In this document: in pieces, positions 31,250 through 38,561 of the stretch
Numbering within the stretch: the stretch's first letter is position 1
Layout: each line of letters starts with the position of its first letter
Virus record (IMG/VR): IMGVR_UViG_3300032236_001503
Span: 99,238 to 163,237 of that record
Direction: 5' to 3' (one strand)
DNA length: 64,000 nt
DNA from: a virus
Notes under the pieces: model-generated
Seen by the model: the letters and a program-made list of their open reading frames with translations, nothing else
Told to the model about the DNA's origin: nothing
The model's database searches: none
Program-made: the position numbers and the translations under genes

Positions 31250-31323
31250 CGGAACTGACGAGGCACGATCTCGCAACCTTCTGCGTGACAGGCAGACGCT
31301 CTAACCAATTGAGCTACAGTTCC
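31250..31323 (-). tRNA. tRNA-Asp(GTC)
   Basis: Cloverleaf; TCTGC-CTGTCAC-GCAGA; atypical T-loop ATCGTGC; no encoded CCA. Confidence 0.9.
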
Positions 31324-31344
31324 ATAAATTTAGTCCTATCGCAC

Positions 31345-31415
31345 CAATATGCTTACCTTATTAAGGTGGGTTCATCCATAGATAGTCTATGGTAACGCCT
31401 CTATCATACATACTG
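31345..31415 (-). ncRNA. Unassigned three-way-junction element in the tRNA-Ala trailer
   Basis: Stems CAGTATGT/GCATATTG, CCATAG/CTATGG, ACCTT/AAGGT. Confidence 0.4.
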
Positions 31416-31428
31416 TTTCTTTCTAAAA

Positions 31429-31504
<76 letters not shown>

Positions 31505-31511
31505 CTTAAAA

Positions 31512-31953
31512 TGGTGGACTAGAGGGGAATCGAACCCCTGTCCTTAATATTGTTCACTATCACTTCTACATGTTTAGGTAAATTTAGCATTTGATTGACT
31601 ACAGGCTGCTATGGCTTACCGACCTATCTTTTTTAGTCTGCCTGATATAGTGAAGAGTCTACATCCACCCCCTGCACTTATTTTACGAGTATCGCAGATA
31701 CTACTTCAACCTACTGTTATTCCACTACCCCTAATAGGATCAGGATTGTGGTGTTTATGCAGCCATAAGACAAAGCTCGTCTTCGCATCCGAAGAAAGAC
31801 TCTGCCATATTTGTCACGAATGACTTGACTGATTCAACTGCATTGGTTATTGCCTTTGCGTTTATGTTTCAAACGATTTTTTAAGTAGCCTTTCGTTCAA
31901 CTACTACATGCGTGTATAGATTTCAACGATTAAGTCGAAACCAGTACTAGCCC
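31512..31953 (-). ncRNA. ssrA: tmRNA
   Basis: 5' GGGCTAG pairs with 3' CTAGTCC-ACCA (G3:U), GGTTTCGAC D-region, T-arm GGTTCGATTCC, internal tag frame ending ...LMAA-stop (31755-31859). Confidence 0.95.
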
Positions 31954-31985
31954 ATTAAATTATACTTATCAAAGAACAAAGAACT

Positions 31986-32060
31986 TGGTACACGATGAGG
32001 GATTCAAACCCCCGACCCGCTCCGTGTAAAGGAGCCGCTCTATCACTGAGCTAATCGTGC
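31986..32060 (-). tRNA. tRNA-Val(TAC)
   Basis: Cloverleaf; GCTCC-TTTACAC-GGAGC; CCA. Confidence 0.93.
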
Positions 32061-32061
32061 A

Positions 32062-32610
32062 TTAAGTCCACAAATACTTACGAAGTCGAACCAAATCTGC
32101 AAGATATTCTGAATCTCTTTCATGGATATCGTGTTCAACTTTTGAATATTCTTGCCAGTTATTCGTACCTTCAATAGAATCCAAGTAATTTTGCATTGCT
32201 TTTTTGCCAGATTTAACCCAAGTATAAATTGCTTGAAGTCTGAGGTAATCTGCATATCTAGCATTATAATAATCCCAAAACAAGTCAACACTACCCCATT
32301 CTTTGATGAGATATTCATCGTCTTTTCCAAGAGAATCAAGAATCATTTCAATCTGATCCAATCCCTTTTCATCTTCAACAAATGAAATGATAACAGCAGA
32401 AAGAACATCTTCTACGATACTATCAAGATCTCTCCAAGCTCTAGGGATAGCTTTACGGATGGATTTGTGTTGTGGATTAAAAAGGTAATACACATACCAA
32501 TATGCTTTATCCCAAACTCTCCATATAGACCAATAAATCTCTTCCCATTTATTAATAAGTGGGTTTGGAAGATCTTTAACACTTTTAAACTTTTCGATTT
32601 TTATAGTCAT
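32062..32610 (-). CDS. Hypothetical protein
   Basis: W.DLD...FVEDE...IY.W...R.YLWT pattern. Confidence 0.6.
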   Translation of the reverse strand: MTIKIEKFKSVKDLPNPLINKWEEIYWSIWRVWDKAYWYVYYLFNPQHKSIRKAIPRAWRDLDSIVEDVLSAVIISFVEDEKGLDQIEMILDSLGKDDEYLIKEWGSVDLFWDYYNARYADYLRLQAIYTWVKSGKKAMQNYLDSIEGTNNWQEYSKVEHDIHERDSEYLADLVRLRKYLWT

Positions 32611-33271
32611 TGTTTAGATTTTGAAGTTCTTTTGAAATTCTTTCAAGATTTTTTGTTTCTTTTTTAGATGTTTCAGCGCATTCAATCATACGATCAAGAT
32701 CAGCAGTCATGTAAGCCTGAAGTTCATCTTTAAACACTTTATCATTATAACCGATAGATAGCAACCATTTTTTAATTTTATTTTTATTTTTCTCTGAAAT
32801 CTCATTTGTTATTTGATTTGCAGTCTTTTTATATTTTGGATAAAGATAATAAAAAGCATGAGCAACTTCATGAGCAATTGTTCTTTTGGCTTTTGGTTGT
32901 GAACCAATAAGATAATACTTTGGTGCATTGATATCACTATTGGTAATTTTATGATCTATTTCTTGGATAATATCATCATATTGATTTATATCATTAAAAC
33001 TTTTCTCATAACCATAACACTTGTCAATAATGTAACTTGGTACATTGAATCCAGCCCAATCATGAGGATATGTGAAACAACCGTCACCGTATTTAATGGA
33101 ATACATCCTTTGGAATTCGGTCATATTGAAATATTTTCCCCTAATTTCCTTAAAAGATGATTCATAAAACTCTTGAACCCTACAAAAAGTCATTGCTAAA
33201 TCATAAGCACCATCAATTGTTACCAAAAATACTTTGGGGTGGATTTCCTCTAGTTTATAATTAACATTCAT
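32585..33271 (-). CDS. Hypothetical protein with HExxH motif
   Basis: F.R.QEFYES, W.GFN.P, HEVAHA, DELQAY. Confidence 0.65.
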   Translation of the reverse strand: MNVNYKLEEIHPKVFLVTIDGAYDLAMTFCRVQEFYESSFKEIRGKYFNMTEFQRMYSIKYGDGCFTYPHDWAGFNVPSYIIDKCYGYEKSFNDINQYDDIIQEIDHKITNSDINAPKYYLIGSQPKAKRTIAHEVAHAFYYLYPKYKKTANQITNEISEKNKNKIKKWLLSIGYNDKVFKDELQAYMTADLDRMIECAETSKKETKNLERISKELQNLNNDYKNRKV

Positions 33272-33297
33272 GATTTATAAGTATATAAATAACCACT

Positions 33298-33753
33298 ATG
33301 ATTGTCAACTTAAAAGAATTCAGTATTAAATTAGCAGATAAAATTGCAGAATTCATTGGTTCTTGGACGTTTATCATTATTCAATCTACCATATTAACAA
33401 TATGGGTAATAGTGAATGTAATTGGATTGTTCAATTTTGACCCATATCCATTTATTCTTTTGAATCTTTTCCTCTCTTTTGAGGCTGCATATGCTACCCC
33501 TTTGATTTTAATGTCTTCTAGTAGACAATCTGATAAAGATAGACAGCATTTAATTCATGATCTTGAATTAGATGAAGAAGCAAATATTATTATAAAAAAA
33601 ATATCCGAAGTTTTAATTGAAGTAAAAAAGGATTTGGATTTAGATAGAATGGCTACTAGAGATCATAATAAATTAAAAGAAGATCACCTAGAACTTAAAA
33701 GAGATTTAGAAGAGATTAAAAGGCTTTTAAAAAATGGTGGGATGTCTAGGTAA
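33298..33753 (+). CDS. DUF1003-type membrane protein
   Basis: AD.IA.FIGSW.FI, FDPYPFILLNL.LS..AA..P.ILMS..RQ; TATAAATA upstream. Confidence 0.88.
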   Translation: MIVNLKEFSIKLADKIAEFIGSWTFIIIQSTILTIWVIVNVIGLFNFDPYPFILLNLFLSFEAAYATPLILMSSSRQSDKDRQHLIHDLELDEEANIIIKKISEVLIEVKKDLDLDRMATRDHNKLKEDHLELKRDLEEIKRLLKNGGMSR

Positions 33754-33821
33754 CGATCCTAGCGAGTCATAACAACGTCAGATTTACAGTCTGAACCGCC
33801 TCCTTAACGGTATACCATCCC
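33735..33821 (-). tRNA. tRNA-Tyr(GTA)
   Basis: TCAGA-CTGTAAA-TCTGA, long variable arm, T-loop ATCGTTA, CCA. Confidence 0.9.
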
Positions 33822-33829
33822 ATTATAAA

Positions 33830-33900
33830 CTACCCCTCATGGATTCGAACCATGACTCACAGTGCCAAAAACTGCGGTGCTACCGTTACACCAAAGGGTA
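33830..33900 (-). tRNA. tRNA-Gln(TTG)
   Basis: U1:A72 acceptor; GCAGT-TTTTGGC-ACTGT. Confidence 0.9.
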
Positions 33901-33910
33901 ATGTCGATTA

Positions 33911-34915
33911 TTATATTTTAGTCGTATCTCCAGAAAATACAAGCTTAATCGGATCAAAATTTTTCGGAAGATAATCAATTATATCAATCGCTAAATTATC
34001 TTTCATTTCATCAAGAGAAGAAAAATTCTTAATAAACCCATTGGGGCTTTGGTATTTAAAAACACCAACTTGTTCCAAAACATCACATTTATTGATAATG
34101 ACTTCGGTAACACCCGAAAGGTTTATAGCATTACAAAGTTTCTTAACATTAAGCCAATTTACAATTCTTTTTCTACCCGTAGTCGTTCCCTTTTCTCCAC
34201 CGATTTCAATGATATTACTCAAAACCGGATCATCCCAAAGACTTTCAGGGAATAATGGATCAACACCACTCTTGGTATCATAAATTTTTGCAACACCAAT
34301 GATATTACGAATTTTCTTTGGTGAGAAACCAAGTGAGCAAGCATTGTGGGGAAATGTTTCACTACTCGTTACATATGGGTAATCCCCCCAATTTATATCA
34401 AGCCAAATACTTTGAGCACCTTCGCATAGAATCTTGCCATTAAGATCCATATCCCAAAGGTATTCTTTATCTAGTTTTTTCCATGCTTGAACACCTACTC
34501 TGTTTGCTTTGTCTGCATAACAGGGAGCAATACCTTGACCAGTGGTTCCCAATTTTGGCTTTAAAAATTCTAAATCATATTTGATATGATCTTCTGTGAT
34601 AACGTGAGCATATGGGTGAACTTTTACCAAACTAGGATCAAAACCATTTTCCTCAATATATCTTATTTCGGCTAAAAATTTTTGAACATTAATTACACAA
34701 TTCGGTCCAATAATAGAGGGCTTACCATGAAAAACACCAGATGGAATAAGATGTGTTTTATATTTTTTACCATCAATGTAAACGGTATGTCCTGCGTTCG
34801 GTCCACCATTCCAGCGACAAACCATGTCATAATTTGCAGCCAATGCACTGGAAATTTTACCTTTGCCTTCATCTCCCCACGCAAGACCTACGATAATATC
34901 GGCGTATTCAATCAT
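33911..34915 (-). CDS. purA: Adenylosuccinate synthetase (short form)
   Basis: WGDEGKGK, GGPNAGHT, GTT..GI.P.Y.DK, EGAQ, YPYVTSS, GTTTGR.R. Confidence 0.96.
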   Translation of the reverse strand: MIEYADIIVGLAWGDEGKGKISSALAANYDMVCRWNGGPNAGHTVYIDGKKYKTHLIPSGVFHGKPSIIGPNCVINVQKFLAEIRYIEENGFDPSLVKVHPYAHVITEDHIKYDLEFLKPKLGTTGQGIAPCYADKANRVGVQAWKKLDKEYLWDMDLNGKILCEGAQSIWLDINWGDYPYVTSSETFPHNACSLGFSPKKIRNIIGVAKIYDTKSGVDPLFPESLWDDPVLSNIIEIGGEKGTTTGRKRIVNWLNVKKLCNAINLSGVTEVIINKCDVLEQVGVFKYQSPNGFIKNFSSLDEMKDNLAIDIIDYLPKNFDPIKLVFSGDTTKI

Positions 34916-34954
34916 TCATCCATTATATGGATGAAATTTTAAAATTCAAGAAAA

Positions 34955-35320
34955 TTATGCGTTATAGACAAGAACACTACCAGAAGCTAATTTTATAGCA
35001 CTGAATGACCCACTAATAGTAAACCCAGCAGGAAATGTAACAGAACCAATTGAAATATTGGAATTATATTGAGTGCCATTTACAGCCGTTATACCAGTGA
35101 AAACTGTATTTGTAATAGCAACAATTTGATTAAAGGGACCACCCGTAAGCGTATTAGTAGTACTAATTAAATTAAAGCCATTAGCACCTACCTGATTTGT
35201 GTCATAAACAGCAGCAGCATAAAGTGGTACATTTTGATCATTACTAACTTTAAACCAAGAGTTACTCCAAGCAACGTTTGGGTTCATTTGTAAAGGTTGT
35301 AGGGTAGGAGATAATTGCAT
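34955..35320 (-). CDS. Small beta-rich virion-type protein
   Basis: N-terminal module shared with the 43301-45535 protein; C-terminal G.F..I.LASG.V..Y. Confidence 0.55.
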   Translation of the reverse strand: MQLSPTLQPLQMNPNVAWSNSWFKVSNDQNVPLYAAAVYDTNQVGANGFNLISTTNTLTGGPFNQIVAITNTVFTGITAVNGTQYNSNISIGSVTFPAGFTISGSFSAIKLASGSVLVYNA

Positions 35321-35330
35321 ATATTCCTAA

Positions 35331-35696
35331 TTACTTATCTTCAAAAGATATCATTCCAGACTCTATTTCTCTATGACAATTTGCACATACTAAAATACAT
35401 TTTTTTGCTTCTTCTAATGATTTTTTATAATTTCTAGAAAATCCTTTATGAGCTAAACCAAAACTTTTTTCATTTGGAATAATATGATGAAATTCTAAAG
35501 CTCTTATACATTTATCATAATTGCAAATATTACACTTTCCTCCAAATTCACTAATCAATTTAGCTTTAACTAACTGTCTTCTTTTTGTAACGGAATTTGA
35601 TCTACATTTTTTACATCGGTAAGAATTTCTACCTTCTAATACATATTCTGTTTCACCATGATATTTACATGTTTTAATTGTGAATTTTTCTTTCAT
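35331..35696 (-). CDS. HNH endonuclease
   Basis: GGKC..C.Y, ALEFHH, E..KC..VCANCHRE. Confidence 0.9.
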   Translation of the reverse strand: MKEKFTIKTCKYHGETEYVLEGRNSYRCKKCRSNSVTKRRQLVKAKLISEFGGKCNICNYDKCIRALEFHHIIPNEKSFGLAHKGFSRNYKKSLEEAKKCILVCANCHREIESGMISFEDK

Positions 35697-35743
35697 ATGT
35701 AATTACTTATCTCGGTATAGCACCTTTTGTTATACCTTTTAAA

Positions 35744-35818
35744 TGGCTGTCGAGGTAGGATTCGAACCTACAACCGTGGTCTTAACAGGACCCTGCACTA
35801 CCGTTGTGCTACTCGACA
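35744..35818 (-). tRNA. tRNA-Asn(GTT)
   Basis: Cloverleaf, loop CTGTTAA, G73, CCA. Confidence 0.93.
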
Positions 35819-35832
35819 GTATTAAACTTTTA

Positions 35833-35907
35833 TCGGAGTGACAGGATTCGAACCTGCGACATCTTGGTCCCAAACCAAGTGCTCTAGCCAAGCTGAGCTA
35901 CACTCCG
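35833..35907 (-). tRNA. tRNA-Pro(TGG)
   Basis: Cloverleaf, C1:G72, A73, loop TTTGGGA. Confidence 0.95.
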
Positions 35908-35913
35908 TTTTTT

Positions 35914-36186
35914 TCAACCACCAGCTATGGCTGGGACTATTGAAATTTCATCGGTCTCCTTTACAGAAGTTGCCAAATCAGAAAGAAAGCAAATATCTTC
36001 ATCATTTAGAAAGATATTGATAAATCTACGAACTTCGCTATTCTCATCAAAAATTCTATCGTGGAGTTCTGGGAACCTCGCACACAACATCATAAGAATT
36101 GAACCCATAGTATCACCTTCAACCAAAACAACTTCTTGGTTGTTTGTGATTTTTCTAAGAGGAACTGGAATCCTTATTGTTGCCAT
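35914..36186 (-). CDS. MoaD/ThiS/CysO-family ubiquitin-like sulfur carrier
   Basis: IRIP..LR, FPEL..RI, RRFINIF.N.EDI, C-terminal IVPAIAGG; own TTGCAA...TAAGAT promoter. Confidence 0.93.
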   Translation of the reverse strand: MATIRIPVPLRKITNNQEVVLVEGDTMGSILMMLCARFPELHDRIFDENSEVRRFINIFLNDEDICFLSDLATSVKETDEISIVPAIAGG

Positions 36187-36243
36187 TCATATATCTTACT
36201 ACACTGATAAAATATTGCAAGAAAAATTTTATAAAAAAATAGC

Positions 36244-36341
36244 GATACATCGTTGGAATCGAACCAACACTAACCATTTGGATGCCTACTCTATCGTTAA
36301 ATATCTCGGACTTGTCGTGCTACCATTACACTAAATGTATC
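36244..36341 (-). ncRNA. tRNA-like RNA with expanded, non-canonical anticodon region
   Basis: Acceptor GATACATT/GATGTATC, D-arm GTGTAATGGTAGCAC, T-arm GTTGG-TTCGATT-CCAAC, about 25 extra nt in the middle. Confidence 0.75.
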
Positions 36342-36346
36342 AAAAA

Positions 36347-36424
36347 TGGAGCGTCAAGTAGGATTTGCACCTACGGCTTTAGAGTTTTGCAGACTCTTCC
36401 TTTGGACTTCTCAGGCATTGACGC
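36347..36424 (-). tRNA. tRNA-Cys(GCA)
   Basis: AGAGT-CTGCAAA-ACTCT, U73, CCA; atypical D and T loops. Confidence 0.88.
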
Positions 36425-36427
36425 ATA

Positions 36428-36515
36428 TGGAGGAAGCGGTGGGATTCGAACCCACGGTACATTTCTGTACTTCAGTTTTCAAGACTGACTCTTTAAACCG
36501 CTCAGACACACTTCC
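36428..36515 (-). tRNA. tRNA-Ser(TGA)
   Basis: TCAGT-CTTGAAA-ACTGA, long variable arm, CCA. Confidence 0.95.
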
Positions 36516-36518
36516 ATT

Positions 36519-36606
36519 TGGAGGAAGCTGTGGGATTCGAACCCACGGAACATTTCTGTTCGGCGGTTTAGTAAACCGCTCTCGTAAACCGCTTGAGTAA
36601 GCTTCC
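36519..36606 (-). tRNA. tRNA-Ser(ACT)
   Basis: GCGGT-TTACTAA-ACCGC, long variable arm, CCA. Confidence 0.92.
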
Positions 36607-36650
36607 GTTATTAATAACTTATCAGAAGCAGAATATTTGTAAAGAAAAAA

Positions 36651-36863
36651 ACGTGGTGTTTGAAGGATTTTGTTGCGCACTTTGTTCCTTCTTCAACGGG
36701 CAAGGCTGCGTGGAACGCTGCCCTATCCGTATAGCTCATGTTGTTCTAATCAGTAACATCATAGCTCCCGTAGCTTCGCTAGTTACCATTCAGAAAGTCA
36801 TCCCAACTTACCAATGAGCAAAGATTCGTTTCCTAGTTAGGTGATTTGCTACCTCCCAACCGT
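36651..36863 (-). ncRNA. Unassigned ~213-nt structured RNA
   Basis: GC-rich multi-hairpin intergenic segment with its own TTTACA-N16-TAAGAT promoter, ending at a T tract upstream of tRNA-Ser. Confidence 0.6.
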
Positions 36864-36912
36864 ATTAATATCTTATCATAGAAAATAGACTTGTAAAGCA
36901 TAAATATTTATA

Positions 36913-37275
36913 GTGAAAGATAACGACGAAAAAAAATTACAAATGATTTACGAGAAACTCTCTCATTCATCCGCTGAAGAGATGAAAGAGGATGATATCG
37001 GTGAACAAGAAAAAAGTGAAGAGATCGTAGATGAAAAACCACATGTGATGTATATTGATGTGGGTAATGATGTTTGGGAAATTGATCTAATGTCTGATGA
37101 TCATAAAAGAGACCCAAATAATCTTTTACATAAAGTTAAAAAATTTCTAATCTATTATAGAAACGATAAAGAAATAAATCACAATTTTTTGCATGGATTA
37201 CTCCATAGTGAAAAGCTTGCGAAATACTTAAAAAAGTTTAATACACACCCAGCAGAGTTTTTAAATCAACTTTAA
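36913..37275 (+). CDS. Late protein carrying the D-x3-L-x2-I-Y N-terminal motif
   Basis: MKDNDEKKLQMIY; TAAATA 6 nt before the GTG start. Confidence 0.65.
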   Translation: MKDNDEKKLQMIYEKLSHSSAEEMKEDDIGEQEKSEEIVDEKPHVMYIDVGNDVWEIDLMSDDHKRDPNNLLHKVKKFLIYYRNDKEINHNFLHGLLHSEKLAKYLKKFNTHPAEFLNQL

Positions 37276-37670
37276 ACCCAATCTGGAAATTTTTCTCTAT
37301 TTGGTCTATATTCTAATCTATAGTCTATAGTTAACTCTTCGTTTTCCTGAATATATCTAGCAGCCTTTATTGTTCCTTGGGGTATAAGCCATTTACAGTT
37401 GGGATTTCTACTATGATTAAAATAATGTATTTTTGAAATTAAATCAGATGTTAAACACCATTCTTCGTCACATGGTATCAACCAATTATGATTTATCTGG
37501 TATTCGGTTAAATCATTCCATCTTAATTTATAAAACGTCCTAAACCAAGGAACATAATTTAAAATTATCTCGCCTTCGGAAAATGGTATTTTTGAAAATA
37601 TACCTTTTCCAGCAATAAGAGAATCTGCGATATATGTTAGTGGTGCATTATCAATATCTATGTGGTTCAT
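37272..37670 (-). CDS. SET-domain lysine methyltransferase
   Basis: GKGIFS...GE.I, FNHS.NPN, A.R.I...EELTIDY. Confidence 0.9.
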   Translation of the reverse strand: MNHIDIDNAPLTYIADSLIAGKGIFSKIPFSEGEIILNYVPWFRTFYKLRWNDLTEYQINHNWLIPCDEEWCLTSDLISKIHYFNHSRNPNCKWLIPQGTIKAARYIQENEELTIDYRLEYRPNREKFPDWV

Positions 37671-37687
37671 ATAGATATTTACAAATT

Positions 37688-37759
37688 TGCGGTATGAGAG
37701 AATCGAACTCTCGTCTCAGCTTTGGAAGAGCCACGTAATAGCCATTATACCAATACCGC
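37688..37759 (-). tRNA. tRNA-Gly(TCC)
   Basis: Cloverleaf, loop CTTCCAA; A73; no encoded CCA. Confidence 0.9.
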
Positions 37760-37775
37760 TAAAATATAACCAATG

Positions 37776-37849
37776 TGGTCAGGAGGCTGGGATTTGAACC
37801 CAAACCGATTCTTTCACAGAGAATAATGCTACCATTACACCACAACCTG
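37776..37849 (-). tRNA. tRNA-His(GTG), atypical acceptor stem
   Basis: ATTCT-CTGTGAA-AGAAT; no G-1/C73; two acceptor mismatches; CCA. Confidence 0.75.
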
Positions 37850-37853
37850 AAAT

Positions 37854-37928
37854 TGGCATTCCCAAGGGGATTTGAACCCCTGCTACATCCGTGAAAGGGA
37901 TATGTGCTAACCGCTACACTATGGGAAC
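37854..37928 (-). tRNA. tRNA-Glu(TTC)
   Basis: Cloverleaf, loop CTTTCAC, CCA. Confidence 0.93.
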
Positions 37929-38252
37929 AAAAATTTACTCCTTATCGTATATCCATGTACAAATATTTACTACAAATGCCGTGGATATGGAAATCCAAAA
38001 GAATATCGTTTCATTAAAATCTAATCTACCATGTGTGGCAAAAAGCATATAAAGAGAACCCAGATTAAGAAATAACGCAATAATATTTAAGATGAGTAAT
38101 AGTTTAGCCATTCTTATATCTTAAACCATTTTTTAAATAAAGCAAGGAAAAAATAAAATAATTTATAAATTGCATATAGTCCTAAAAAACTTAGAACCAT
38201 GACTCCTGTTATAGCTGCTTCAAATGGATCAAGCACATAAATACTTACAATA

Positions 38253-38323
38253 AGGGGGTAGAGGGAATCGAACCCTCTCGTAAACCTTGGCAAGGTCTCA
38301 GGCTACCGTTACATTATACCCCC
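38253..38323 (-). tRNA. tRNA-Gly(GCC)
   Basis: AGACC-TTGCCAA-GGTTT, U73. Confidence 0.88.
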
Positions 38324-38328
38324 AAAAA

Positions 38329-38401
38329 TGGCAGGAGTGGGATTTGAACCCACGATCTTTGCGTTATGAGCGCAACGACTTAACCACTTGTCCATCCTGC
38401 G
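38329..38401 (-). tRNA. tRNA-Met(CAT), initiator-like
   Basis: C1xC72 mismatch, A73, loop CTCATAA. Confidence 0.85.
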
Positions 38402-38408
38402 TTAATTC

Positions 38409-38483
38409 TGGCACGTTGGGTAGGAATCGAACCTACATAAGGCAGTTTTGGAGACTGCTGCACAGCCACTATACCACCAACGT
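38409..38483 (-). tRNA. tRNA-Trp(CCA)
   Basis: GCAGT-CTCCAAA-ACTGC, G73, CCA. Confidence 0.92.
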
Positions 38484-38561
38484 ATGTTATATACTTATCT
38501 TATAGATTTATTTTAAAATGTCAATTGAAAATGTACTTATAGCAAATAAGTATATACATAT

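Noticed and set aside
31345-31415. Canonical hammerhead or HDV/theta ribozyme
   Set aside because: The CUGAUGA and GAAA core is absent and I could not build the nested double pseudoknot
31611-31823. 70-aa plus-strand ORF
   Set aside because: Antisense to the tmRNA
33911-34915. PurZ (2-aminoadenine Z-genome) interpretation of the purA-like gene
   Set aside because: It keeps the catalytic Asp in GDEGKG typical of PurA (PurZ has Ser there), and I saw no dATPase or MazZ partner in the window
35838-36817. ORFs 35838-36020, 35927-36334, 36282-36488, 36346-36600, 36411-36680 and 36593-36817
   Set aside because: They overlap tRNA/ncRNA genes or the MoaD-like gene and are shadow frames
36651-36863. 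RNase P RNA, 6S RNA or c-di-GMP riboswitch
   Set aside because: No room for P1/P2 5' strands and no clean CR-V; not a single long rod as in 6S; only a fragmentary GEMM-like string. Left unassigned
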